Of a stretch of DNA of 64,000 nt, positions 1-12,758 are shown piece by piece. Source of the stretch: the human T2T-CHM13v2.0 reference genome, Homo sapiens; the NCBI RefSeq assembly GCF_009914755.1, contig NC_060937.1; one strand, 5' to 3'. Made by a program: the position numbers and the translations under genes. Under the pieces are notes generated by a model, which was given only the letters and a program-made list of their open reading frames with translations, had not been told where the DNA came from and did no database searches. How positions within the stretch are numbered: the first letter of the stretch is position 1; the number at the start of each line of letters is the position of its first letter.

Positions 1-954
1 GGATCATAAGTACATGTGTTCAGTACTAATGTATACTGCCAAGTGATTTTTCAAAGTAGTTGTAAACAGCAAGAGTAACAATTATTCCACATCCTAACCA
101 ACATTTGATCAAGTCAGTCTTTTTAATTTTAATCAATCCGATAGGATTCTAGGAACCTCAGTGTGATTTTTATCTTTGTTTTCTTGGTGTATAATGATGT
201 GGAGTACCTTTTCATATGCTTTATGACCATTTGGGTATTTTCTTTGGAGAAATACCCATTCAGGTCTTTTGTCCATTTTAAAAATTGGATTATCTTTTTT
301 TATAATTTGTAGAAATTCTTTATACATTCTGGACACAAGTTCTTTATTAGATGTATGTATTGCACATACCTTTCCCCAATCTTTGGCTTACCTTTTCACT
401 CACTTAATAGTTTCCTTGAGTGAGCATAAATTCTTAATTTTATTGAAGTCAAATTTTAAATTCTTTTTATGGTTAGTTCCTTTTTGTGTCCTGTTTAATA
501 TATCTTTTTCTACCTCAAGGTTCTGAGGATCCATTCTGCATATTTACTTCTAGAAGTATTATAACCTAACTTTAGTTTCTATGATCCATCTCTAATTTGT
601 ACGGGTGGTGTGAGATAGGGGGTCAGGGGATTTGTTTGTTTTGTTTTGCATATGGCTATTCAGTTGACCCAACATCATTTATATAAAGGACCATCTCCCC
701 AGTAAATTGTAGCCGTACCTTTGTCATAAATCAGGCAAATCTATCTGTGTGAGTCTGTTTCTAGGCTATTTTCTCTTTTGCATTTCTCCCTTCTTATGCC
801 TAAACCACAATCTTAATTTTTGTAACTTTATAGTAAGTATTGATATCTGGTGTCTAATCCTCCAGCTTTGTTTTTCAGATTTGCTTTGGCTCTTCTAGGT
901 ATTTTGCATTTCTGTAGAATCCTTTGCATTTTCAAGAATCAGTCACACACACAC

Positions 955-988
<34 letters not shown>

Positions 989-2460
989 CCAACGGAACCT
1001 TCTGGCATTTTGATTGGGATTGCATAGAATCCATAAGTCAATTAGTAGAGAAATTATGTGTTAATAATATTGCATCTTCCAGTAAGTAAATGTTATATAT
1101 CTTTCATTTTATTTAGATATTTTTACATTTCTGTAAGCATTGGTTTGTAATTCTTGTTGTGAAGGTCTTTTACATCTTTAACTAGATTATTTTCAGTATT
1201 TGCTGTTCTTTGGTGCTACTGTAAATGGTTCATTTTAAATGGATTTTCTAATTGTTTTCTAATTCTAATATGTTTGAATTCTAAGTGTAGATTAACCTGG
1301 TATCCACAACCCTTACTTTTTAAAACACTTTATAAGTTATGTTTATAGTTTTTGTTTGTGTCTTTTTTTTCTTTGCCTTTTTGCACTGTCTGGGAACTTA
1401 ATTGTACATAACATTTCCTTTTTTATACTTAAATATTCTTTTAATCATTTTGATTATAAAGCATAAATTACATATGTAATTACCTTTTTAAATTAAGTGT
1501 TTATAATTACATGCAGTTTTATGAAATAATCAATTCCATGTACTCTTTACCCAGTTTTTCCCAGTGAGGTAACATCTTGCAAAACTGTAGTACAATATCA
1601 CAAACAGAATATTGGCCTTGATACAGAACATTTCTATCACCACAGGATCTCTCGGGTTGCCCTTATAGTCACACTTACTCCCCTCCTTCCTTCCATTCCC
1701 CTTCCCCATCCTTAGTCCCTGCCAACCATTGGTCTGTTCTCCTTTTCTATAATTTTGCCATTTCAAGAAAGTTATGTAAGTGAAGTCATACAGAATGTAA
1801 CCTGTTCGGATTGGCCCTTTTTACTCAGCTAAATTCCCTGGAGATTCATCCAAGGTGTTGTGTGTATCCATAGGTCATTCCTTATTATTGCTGAATAGTG
1901 TATCTGATATAGATTTACTGCCGTTTGTTTACCCATTCACTTGAAGAAGGACATCTTGGTTGTTTCTGATTTTTACCTGTAAACATTTGTGTACAGGTTT
2001 TTATGTGATCATAAGTCTTTATTTTTCTGGGTTAAATGCCCAAGGGTGCAATTTTTCACTCGTGATGATTATCATGGTTAATTTTATGCTGCCATACTCT
2101 TCTCTAAAGTAGTTGTCTAATTTTACATTCCATCAGCAATGTATCTAGTTTGCGTCCTCGCCAGCATTTTAGTGTTGTCACTATTTTTTATTTTAGCCAT
2201 TATGATAAATGGCAAATGATGTTGCACATCTTTTCAAGTTCTTATTTGCCATCTACATCCTCTTCAGTGAAATGTCTATTCATGGCTTTTGCCCATTTTC
2301 TAATTGGATAGTTTGTTTTTACTATTGAGTTTTGAGAGATCTTTCTATGTTCTAGATATTAGTCTTGTCGGATCGATGTTTTGAAAAGTTTCTCCAAGTC
2401 TGTAGTTTGTCCTTTTATCCTCTCAGGTCTTTCACAGAGCAAAAATTTTAATTTTGATGA
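1..2460 (-). mobile_element. Degraded old L1 (L1M-type) ORF2 3' and 3' UTR fragments
   Basis: Antisense L1 motifs such as tctggacacaagttctttattagat, ttgacccaacatcatttat and cattttgattgggattgcatagaatc. L1MB/MC-like 3' UTR at 1490-2200. Confidence 0.75.
944..987. repeat. (CA)n microsatellite
   Basis: About 21 CA units with one CG interruption. Confidence 0.98.
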
Positions 2461-4800
2461 AATCTAATTTGGTTAGTGTTTATATGATATATCTTTTTCT
2501 ATCCTTTTATCTTTAACTTATCTATTATATTTAAAGTGGATTTCTTCTTGATAGCATGGATGTAGGTCTTTTTAAAAAAATTAAGTCTGAAAATCTTTTT
2601 ATTCATGTGTTTAAACCTGCGTTTAATGTAATTGCTAATATGCTTCAATTAGGCCCACCATTTTACTGCTTGTTTTCAATTTTTTCACCTGCTTATTTTT
2701 TTCTTCTCCCTCTTCTGCCTTCTTTCTGGTTATGTCTAATTTTTTATATTTTATCTGTTGTCTTTTATGTTTTTTAAATGGTTGTTGTAGGTATTACATT
2801 ATAAATACCTAACCGTTCACAGTCTACTTAGAGTTTGTATTGTACCACTTAGAGTAAAATGTAAAGAGCTTACAACCATGTAGGTCTCTGCTTTCCAGAG
2901 TTTTTGTATGCGTTACATCCACCTATATCAAAATCCTCAAAAAGGACTATAATTTTTTGTACGTTTATACATATTGTAAAGAACTTGAGGAAAAAATAAT
3001 CTTATATTTACATAGTATTTACTATTTTTCTTTCCTCATTTTTAAAATTGCAAGATTGCTTTGATACTATTTTCCTTCAGCCCAAGGAATTTTCTTTAGT
3101 ATTTCTTTTACAACAGATTTGCTAGTGATAAATTTTCTTAGATTTCCTTCACTTGAGAATATTATTTTCCTTTAGTTCTGAAGGATATTTTTGCTGATAC
3201 AGTATTCTGTGTTGACAGGGTTTTTTGTTTTTTCATTTAGTATTGTAAAGATTGTTCTACTGTCTTCTGGCATCTGTGGTTTCTGATGAGAAATTTTCAG
3301 TCCTTTTGTTTGTTCTATATGTAATGCATTTGTTTCTTTGGCTGCTTTCAAGATTTTATCTTTGTCTGTAGTTTCAAATGATTTGATTATACTGTGCTTT
3401 GACATAGTTCTGCTCATTTATTTTTTCAATCTTTTTTCTCTCATTTATTCAAATTAGATCATTTTTGTTGATCTGTTAAGTTTACTGAATCTTTTGTCAT
3501 GTACAGTCTTCTCATCCGTGAATGTTTTATCTCAGATATTACAGTTTTCAGTTCTAAAATTTTCATGTGGTTTATTGTATTTTATGAGAGCATTTTATTT
3601 TTCTGTTTATTTATAGAGTGTTTACCTCATAGAGCATGGTTATAATTGCTTCTTTAAAGTCTGATAATTTCAGCATCTAGGTCATATGACATCTATTGAT
3701 AGTTTTTACCCTTGAGAATTAGTTTTTCTGGTTCTTTGCATGTTTGGTTATTTTAGATTGTGTTGGACATTTTTAGTATTATGTTGCTTAGTCTCTGGGG
3801 CCCTGTTACAGTCCTCTGTAGAATGTAGATTTCTTTTTTCCTTTTAGCCAATAACCAACCCACTGAGGTTCAAACTGCAAACTTTCTCCTTGTTTGGAAG
3901 ATGATTCCGATGTCAGTTCAATTTTCAAAGCCTTTACTATGCTGTCTTGTGTATACACCACTCAGTGGCTAGTCTGAGACATAGGAGTGGTTTAAATTGT
4001 AGTTCAGTTCTTTAACCTTTGTTATACTGCTTTGAGTCTTCCCACTCATACACAGCTCATATTAGCTTATGTTGATTCATACACAGAATTAGGGAATCTT
4101 TTTCTCTACTTTTCTCCTCTCTGGAGGGATCTCTGGGATTCCTCCTGTTCTCTTTAGACCACAAGAGCCCATTTTTGGTCTGGCCAGAAACATGGTGTTT
4201 CAGAGTTTTAGCTTTCTGCACTGCCACACAGTTCTTGCAATTGGGGTCATCCTTCTGGTAAAATGGGAAGAGAAAAAGAGGAGGAAGTATACTGGGGATT
4301 TCTCCCACTCTCTTCGGGACTGAGGGCCCATTTCCCAGTTCTCTAGCCAGAAAGACAGATTTCTAATGAAGTTTTAGCTACTGGCACTGTCTACTGCCCC
4401 AGCTCTGCTATCACTTACTCTAGGTGAACTGTGAAATAAGAAGGAAAAAAGTGAGGGTTTTCAGCCCACACACATACTCACGCTCAAAGGGCCCCCTTTA
4501 CCCTGATCTTCTGGTTAAAGACAGTCTCCCAGAGTTCTAATTGTCTGTGTGCACCAGGAAGTGCCCACCCTCAGCTCAAGGCCACAAGAAAAAAAAAAAC
4601 GGGAAAACCAGGAAACTCACTTGCATGTAGGTCTCTTTCTTCTTCAGGCGTTGGTTCTCTTCCACAAACTGCTTTTTTCTCTTTACTTTTCAGAGTTCTT
4701 TGGTAATTGTTTTTTGTGTTTTGTCCTGAGTTTTTATTTGTAATCAGCAGGAGATAGGCACTTTAATGGGCTTATGCTATCCTGGCCACAATAGAAGTTC
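2460..4800 (-). mobile_element. Old L1 5' portion with ORF1 remnant
   Basis: ORF 3172-3417(-) SKHSIIKSFETTDKDKILKAAKE resembles the L1 ORF1p segment PRHIIVK...DKEKILKAARE. Flanks are degraded and L1-like. Confidence 0.7.
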
Positions 4801-5320
4801 TCAAGTGGTTTTTAAATAAAACATTTAAAATGGCTGTGAGTTGCATCTCCATCATCAGTTGGTCCATTGTGGACCAGTGGTCCACAATCCAGTGGTCCAA
4901 TGATTGTGATAATCAAAGCATTAGAAATCTGTTCTGATATAATGTCAACACTCAGTTTCTATGAAAGCAGATTATTTTATTGGTTGAGATACTCCTAATA
5001 GCTTTGAATATCTTCTGGGTATCATTACTCTCCTTACTTTTTACATTACATTTACACATTTCTCTCTGTTCATCTTCAGTATGCATTCTGAAACCAACAG
5101 GACATCAGAGCTGGACTGTGGTTTTCTTTAATTATTCAAGCTAAATTACCAGAAATGCCCTTTTAAGATGAAATATTTAGTCGCTTCAAAACAAGTCAGG
5201 TTGGAGGAAGAGGGCAGGTTTACTTAGCTCATGTTTTTCATCCTTACAAGCAGTATTGATGTTTCATGCTAGCAAACTGTGGTAGAAGCCTTCGAGTCCT
5301 AACCAAAAACAATTCTTTCT

Positions 5321-5364
5321 TCAAAACTCCCGTAACACTTTATCAAAACTCCCATAACACTTTA
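5321..5364. repeat. 22-bp tandem duplication
   Basis: tcaaaactcccgtaacacttta / tcaaaactcccataacacttta. Confidence 0.95.
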
Positions 5365-5679
5365 TTAAAAGATTAAAAATGTAAATCCTAAGGATAGGGT
5401 AACAAGCACTCTTAAGCACTATTGGTTTTAGTATAAATTTCTAGATGTTCACTGAAACTTTGTGTGTGTCTGTGTTTACATGGCAATTTGATGAACTAAG
5501 CTAGGAATATGATTTTTCTGGCTCAAAAGGTATGCAAAAGATTATAGGTATAAACACGTGAGAGATATATATATATACATATATATATATAATGCATACC
5601 CTTTGAGGCAGAAATCACACTTCTAGGTGTAGTTCATCAGATTGGCTGCTTATTTTAGCCAAAAAATGGGGGTGGGGGC

Positions 5680-5987
5680 CTTCATATGCATTAATGGAGT
5701 ACAGATAATTAAATTACGGTACAGTTATAGTTTCTATAAAATGGAATGCTACCTAGCCATTAATACGATACATATTATTAAAGTGGAAAGCTCTATAATA
5801 TTAAATGGAAATTGAGGCTACTAAATATAATACATCTTCATATACGCTAATGGAGGACAGATAATTAAATTATGGCACAGTTATAGATTCTATAAAATGG
5901 AGTACTACCTAGCCATTAATATGATACATATTATTTATTAAAATGGAAAGCTCTGTAATAGTGGAAATTGAAGCTACCAAATATAAT
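5680..5987. repeat. ~156-bp tandem duplication inside a probable old L1 3' remnant
   Basis: Copies start at 5680 and 5836 (cttcatat...cagataattaaatta...ctacctagccattaat...aaatataat). Confidence 0.9.
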
Positions 5988-6836
5988 TGGTATAATCTCT
6001 TTTTATAAAAGCTATAGGTATACTTATATTGATATATGGAGGAAAATAATTTGGAAGGATAGATATCAAAATAGTTATAGTGATCATTCTCACAGAGCCA
6101 AGATTAAGAATTAAAAAAATGTTTTTTTGTTTCCTATTAAGTATTGCCAGGTATTTTTTTAAAATCATGACTTATTTAATTTGAGCAAGAGTAGGAGGGA
6201 CCTATATCATGTTGGAGAAAAGATTTCTACATTCTAAAGGGTAAAAGAACTAGAATCTATGAGAAGAAGGGGCAGGGTGTTACAGATCACAGTTCCTTAT
6301 ATACAAGTAAACTTTTAAACTGTGACTTTTTAACACTAACATTTAACAGACCTGACAGTACAAAATGGGTTGCCTGTAGGTATGAGTTCCACGTCACTAA
6401 AAATGTTCAGACGTAAGCTCCAAAGCCATTTGGTAAGTTTATCATGGAAGTAATTGAAGCATCAGTTTTTTTGACGTTTTGCCTTGGGACTCTCTTGGTA
6501 GATGATTTTAACTGTGTGAAAAGATGAATGAGGGGACTTAGAAAAGCCTTTCTGATTCTCATTTCCAAATTCAAAGAGAATTATATTTCAACCTGCTTAT
6601 CACTAAGAAGATACCAGCATGTTAAAATTCACATGAAGTATGACCTTCTTTAAATACGCTACGATGCAGCACCCTCAAAAGTAAAGTACAGAAACTGACA
6701 GTAGTGGTATCTGTCTACAGTTTATCATTGGTGAATAAATGAAGGGAAGAAGGAATTGAGTCTGGACTTGCCGCATATGGAACCATGAACTATACACATA
6801 GAATGTTGTTTGGGGTCACAAAGTAGTAGATTAGGC

Positions 6837-7035
6837 CAGTGATTCCTAAACCCTGCTGAACTTCAGAATCCATCTTCAGAGCTTATAGATATAGACATAT
6901 TACATATTTTAATAGACTCTTGGGTCCTGATCCCACAGATTTAGATTAACTAGCTCTGGAATAGGGCCCAGAAATCACTATCTTTAAAAGAATTCTCAAG
7001 TTGTGTTGATGATCAGCCAAGTTCAGACACGACCA
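6837..7035. mobile_element. hAT-Charlie MER5-like element
   Basis: cagtgattcctaaac start, then tgggtcctgatcccacagatttagattaactagctctggaatagggcccagaaatc. Confidence 0.65.
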
Positions 7036-7562
7036 GAATAAAATATATATACGTATACATACCTACATATCAGGACAGTTACAAGAAAGGAGAAAGCAAA
7101 ATAAAGTATTTTGATAAACACATCAAGTTCTTTTGAGTTACTGATATTTTAAAAAGCTGTCTCGGTGAGAAGCCCATTAACATTCTACAGCTAAGTGATG
7201 CTACAGCCAGTATTTCTGATGTTTCATTCAGTCCATTAAGCAGAGCTGCTTAAAAGAACTAGTTTTATTTATTTATACATTTATAATCAGGTTCATGAAT
7301 ACAGTCAACACTATGGAAATTCTTGTCAATAAAAAAGTGTTTGTCCACAGACTACACACAGAAATAAAATTATTAGACCTGCATCAGTCACCGTCTGAGC
7401 TGGTCATGCCCTTAAAGGAAATTTCAAGGAAGATGGGCTGAAGTTGGTGAGATATCTGCTGATGTTTAAGATGTAAGCAAGGTGGTATCTTACTCATGAT
7501 CAGGTTAACAATAACACATACATTGAACAGTTTGAGAATTTTGCATCTTTAGCTTTATGTCC

Positions 7563-7630
7563 AAATGATGAAAAGGGGGTAAGGAAGAAATGATGAAAAG
7601 GGGGAAATGATGAAAAGGGGGAAAATGAAG
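7563..7630. repeat. Short imperfect tandem repeat (aaatgatgaaaaggggg) x3
   Basis: Read directly from the sequence. Confidence 0.9.
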
Positions 7631-7919
7631 GCAACCTGCAAAACTGATAATGAAAATAGAACATGAAAGTAACTGTCATCACCCACTAACAAAGCACCTC
7701 ATCTTCCTAAATAACAGAGTCAGCCCTCTAAGTCAGTCTGTCATAAGTGCCAGATTTGTTTTCTGAGGCCACTTTTGGCACCCGAATTCCTGAGGTCTAG
7801 CTTCAAATGAGCATTTCCTCCACTGCCAGAGTCCTGCAGGAGGCTGTAGAGATGGATCCCACAGCTGGTCCCTGCACTGACAGGCATGCTGTCGCCGGCT
7901 CAGGCATTGTCTAGGGCAT

Positions 7920-8255
7920 GTCCTGCTTAGAATGCTCTTCCCCTAGAACCTGCACGGTAGGGAGCAGATTCCCAGAAACCCTTCCCATCTTTGTTCACAG
8001 CCACTTTCCCAACAAGGCCTGGGATCATCTTATTTAAAACTGTGGCACCTGTGCTCCCCACCCACCACCTGATCCACATCTTTTTTTCCATTGCACTTAA
8101 CACTTTTATTGTAAACCCAGAATTGACTTGTTATGTTTATTGTTGATGTCTGCGCCCTCTGCTAATTACAGAGCTTTATTTGCTTTGTCCATTGATGTAA
8201 GTGTCTAGAATAGTGGCTAGCACTTAGTATATAAATATGTGTTGAGTGGATGGAT
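7920..8255 (+). mobile_element. L2 3' end remnant
   Basis: tctagaatagtggctagcacttagta...atgtgttgagtggatgga resembles the L2 terminus. Confidence 0.6.
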
Positions 8256-9364
8256 AAGTACATGATGTATTGATTGTTCGATTGTTCATTACTAGCTATT
8301 TATGCCACATCAGGCAGTTTTCAGTATAGCCTTCAGTATTCACGTAGTTAAAACCATCCCAAATATTTGTGTTTGAACAACGTTGTCTGTGAAATGGAAC
8401 TGCCTAGGTCATGAGTGCATTTTGGAGTTCTGCTGTTGAGTCAGAGCATGCTGGCAGTAGTGGCTCCGCTTGTAGAAGTGAAACCTCCTGCTTATGTTTT
8501 GGCCCCATGAGATCTCATAAGATTTCCCCCAACATTTTTGGCTTTACTCCTGATGCACACTTTCATATCTCTTAAAGATCAGCCTGTTGGACGTTATTCT
8601 TAGAACAGTGCTAAGCACTCAGCAATTAACCTAGTCAATGATATGTGTTGACTGTGGGTGTGACCCACCATGTCTGTTGTGATTTTTAACTTCAGAGTAT
8701 CTTAGGAATTATCCAGTCCAGCTCATTTTATACTTCAAGAAACTCAGGAAACCAAGATTAGGTTAATCTTCTAAATTCACAGTACTAGCTAGAGGCAGCC
8801 CCTTCTGGGACAGGAGTCCTAGTCTGTTTGGTTTCTTTTTTTTTTAAACCCACCATATTGCTAAAACAGATAGCAACACCAGCTTCCTCATGCAGTGCAG
8901 TCATCTACTGTCAACACAGGTCTTGGCTTCTTTCCCTTCAGCGTCTCACCCATCTTTCTTAAGGAGGATCCAGATTTCTCCAAATGTTACCTTCATATGG
9001 GACCCTATTCTGTCACCCCAATCCAGAGCCTTCTTAGAATGCCTTTCCCACAGGGGCCAGTATATTCTCTCGAGTGCCCGCTGTTTGGGAATGCTTGCTT
9101 TTCTGCTTTCCTAGGCCCCCATCACCATGGATGTTCAGCACAGGGACTCTGGAGAAGCACCTGGTTAGTGTCTGGTGGCTGCTTTGTTGTTTTTGACTCC
9201 CATCTTTTTTGCCTGTCTCTTCCTCCAGCTTCACCCTCAACTCGGTTTGCCCTCAGGAGTTCTTTACCTCCTTTGATCAGTTTCTCCGGCTCCTTCTTCA
9301 CCCTTTGTGGCTTCTCAAGGCCACATCACTAGAGTTAGGAGGGGAAAGAAGCAAGCACCCTCCT

Positions 9365-9560
9365 TTTATCTAGTACTTCATTTTTTTCAGCATTATCTCA
9401 TTTGCCCTTTACAGCAACCCTGTGTTAAGTGGGAACAGATACTCTTACTCCCTTTTTACTATCAAAGAAATGAAATACAGATATGTAAAGGAAATGATCT
9501 CATTGGCAGAACTGGAAGCAGAGCCTCCAAATCTGGGTGTAGAATCTTTTCTACTGTCCC
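9365..9560 (-). mobile_element. MIR remnant
   Basis: cattatctcatttgcccttacagcaaccctgtg...gaaatgaaatacag matches the antisense MIR core. Confidence 0.6.
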
Positions 9561-9998
9561 AAATTTTAACAGAGAGACAAAATTTATCACCGTCTGGTAT
9601 TCTGAAATGTACATAATTTTTCTCAACATCGTACTCAGTTTAAAAATCTTCTGAGGATATTAATGTGGATTTCTCTAGTGTCTTTAGAAACTTGATTTTA
9701 GAAAAGGCCACTGACAAGTTAGTGATATAATAAACAGGTCCTCTGATACTGACTGCATTTTCATCTACATTTACCAGTTATTAAATGCTGTTATATGTGG
9801 AACTGTGTTTGCAATATTTTATTTACTGTTTTGAGAATTAGGTTGATGGTAAGATTTATTCAAATTCTTGATTTTAATAATGTATCAATACAACTTAATA
9901 ATTTGATTTATTTGCAAGTTTTGAAAATCCACATATTCTAGTAGATCCTGAACTTAACTAAAAGTGTAAGAAATATTTCACATATAAAACATGATACA

Positions 9999-10400
<402 letters not shown>

Positions 10401-11927
10401 GTATTTAAACATTCTTTAAAATATTTATCATTTATCTCAACTAATAGAAAGTGATCTTATCACTTTTTATTATTCATAGACAGACTGAAATTTGTTTTAA
10501 CTTAAATTCAACCAATGTTTTACTTAATTTTATTAATGTTTTTAAGTTACTCCACTGTCAAGCAAAGCATTTTAAAGTACACTGTGATGTATATACTTTC
10601 ATAAGAAAAACGAAATGTAATTACATTTTGCAAGTAACACAAATTGGAAGCTGACATTGTCCTGACATGGCTGGCAGTGTCTGCTCCCTGCCAAGCTTCT
10701 CTGTATAGCCAATCAAGAGAGTTTATATGCAAAGTAGCAAATACATGGTGTTTTGTAATGCAGCTTTATTCTCACTGCCACTTGCCCTCCTAGAGGCCAT
10801 GGGATGCACAAATTGTTTGTATGTAAGAGTCCTAGAAGATGTTAAAAACCCTTGTGTCTTATGTTCAGAGCTGTCAGCATGATCTAAGGCCCGAAATCGT
10901 AAGGTACAGTAGTGTACAGTAAATTTATATAAAGTCCTTTGATATAAATTGAAGTTGTCCAAATTCATTTCCTATAAAATGATAATATCCAAATTCTAGG
11001 TTTGCCTTTGATGTTGTTCCTTCCACTCATTTTTAAGTTGTTTTCATGTTTCACATTGCCAAATGGCACACTACCTGGAGTATGCCCTCTTGTTGAGACC
11101 ATTCTTAGTTTGATATAGTGTCAAAGAAAAAAAGTGAGAATGTTGGGAATTTGGTTTGCTTTACAAGTTAGGATGAGTGGAGAGAACCCTCTTGACAGGA
11201 TGAAGAAATCTGTGGAAGTATCATAGCGAACAATAACCACCTGCCTATTATCCACTTTCCTGAATGATAAAAATTGTCTATGCATCCTGCCTCAAAGGCT
11301 TGACCATGGGGTGGTTTTCTCTTCTGACAGATTAGCTGTTTCCAGTCACATTTGTTATCACTTTTGTGCGATCTTGCTGTTTAGCTCCTTTAAATCAGAA
11401 ATACATTCTGCTTATGGGAAGACACACACACACAAACACACACACACACAGATTTATACTAAAATCACAAAAACCTTTTAAAATGTCTTGTGAAAATATA
11501 TTAGCTATCTTTCTTAGAACAAACATAAAGAAGAATAGTAAATAAATGTGCAGTCCAGCACCAGTGTTGACATCTGTTGTGAAATGTGCTACATGGAGTA
11601 ACCATTGTAGAGACAATCATCTTAGGCACCAAAATGACTTAGGAGCTTCTTTCTTTGTTCTTTCTTATCACTTACTATTTTTATTAGTTTAGCTTTTTCC
11701 AAACGTGTTTACTCAGAGATACCTATTTTAGTTAGGAAGAAAAAGAGAAATAACACCAATTAAAGCTAATTGAGGCTGAATTCTTGTCAGTCTTAAAAGA
11801 ATCCTAATTGTTTCTCTTTGAACTGACTAATCCATAAAAGTTTTCTGAAGGGATGGGGTGTGGTTGTATTTGATAGCTTCCATTTGGATGATTTCTACTA
11901 CCTTTTTTCTTGTTTGAGAACTATTAG

Positions 11928-12081
<154 letters not shown>

Positions 12082-12475
12082 GAACATGATCAATTTTATA
12101 CACATAGAACATAGTAAAATGCTGATAATTATAAGTTGTTTGTTTACTCATTGTAGCTATTTACTGTGTGATCAACTGTGAAATTTTGTGCAACCCTCTC
12201 TCAGAATGGAAAAAAAAGAGGATTTAGTCTGAGTTTCTGAGAATAATTTTCCAAGTATATCTGGAAAGGTAAATTGATTTTAAAGGATATATAATTGATT
12301 AATTAAAACATCATTTCATAAAACTCATTTTATCATCCACTGTGAGAGCAGCTTCAAATGCCCTCAGATCTAAGTATCAAGCCAAGTGGTACAAATCATT
12401 TTCATGCAACTGAAGATACCATTTATGTTGGAATAGCCCCCAAAAACGAAAATACACGTGACCTGTTTAACTTTG

Positions 12476-12520
12476 TGCTAACTGTTACAATGTATGTGTG
12501 TTTTGTTTATTCTCTCATAG
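12476..12520 (+). promoter_or_regulatory. RAP2A: Branch point (tgctaac, A at 12481), polypyrimidine tract and 3' splice acceptor of the RAP2A last exon
   Basis: CTAAC about 40 nt upstream of ...tctctcatag|G. Confidence 0.8.
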
Positions 12521-12758
12521 GTATGAGAAAGTGCCAGTCATCTTGGTTGGGAACAAAGTGGACCTGGAAAGTGAGAGAGAAGTATCGTCCAGCGAAGGCA
12601 GAGCCCTTGCTGAAGAGTGGGGCTGCCCCTTTATGGAAACTTCCGCTAAGAGTAAAACAATGGTGGACGAACTCTTTGCAGAAATTGTGAGGCAGATGAA
12701 CTATGCTGCTCAGCCTGACAAAGATGACCCATGCTGTTCTGCATGTAACATACAATAG
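12521..12758 (+). CDS. RAP2A: Ras-related protein Rap-2a, last coding exon (residues ~105-183)
   Basis: (R)[78 protein letters not shown]. Shows G4 NKVD, G5 SAK, palmitoylatable CC and CAAX CNIQ characteristic of RAP2A. Starts on the last base of a split codon after a canonical AG; stop TAG at 12756-12758. Confidence 0.98.

Noticed and set aside
3172-3417. 81-aa ORF as a gene
   Set aside because: Decayed L1 ORF1 fragment.
12498-12520. N-terminal MFCLFSH of the listed ORF 12498-12758
   Set aside because: It is the intronic polypyrimidine tract read from a GTG. The real exon starts at 12521.
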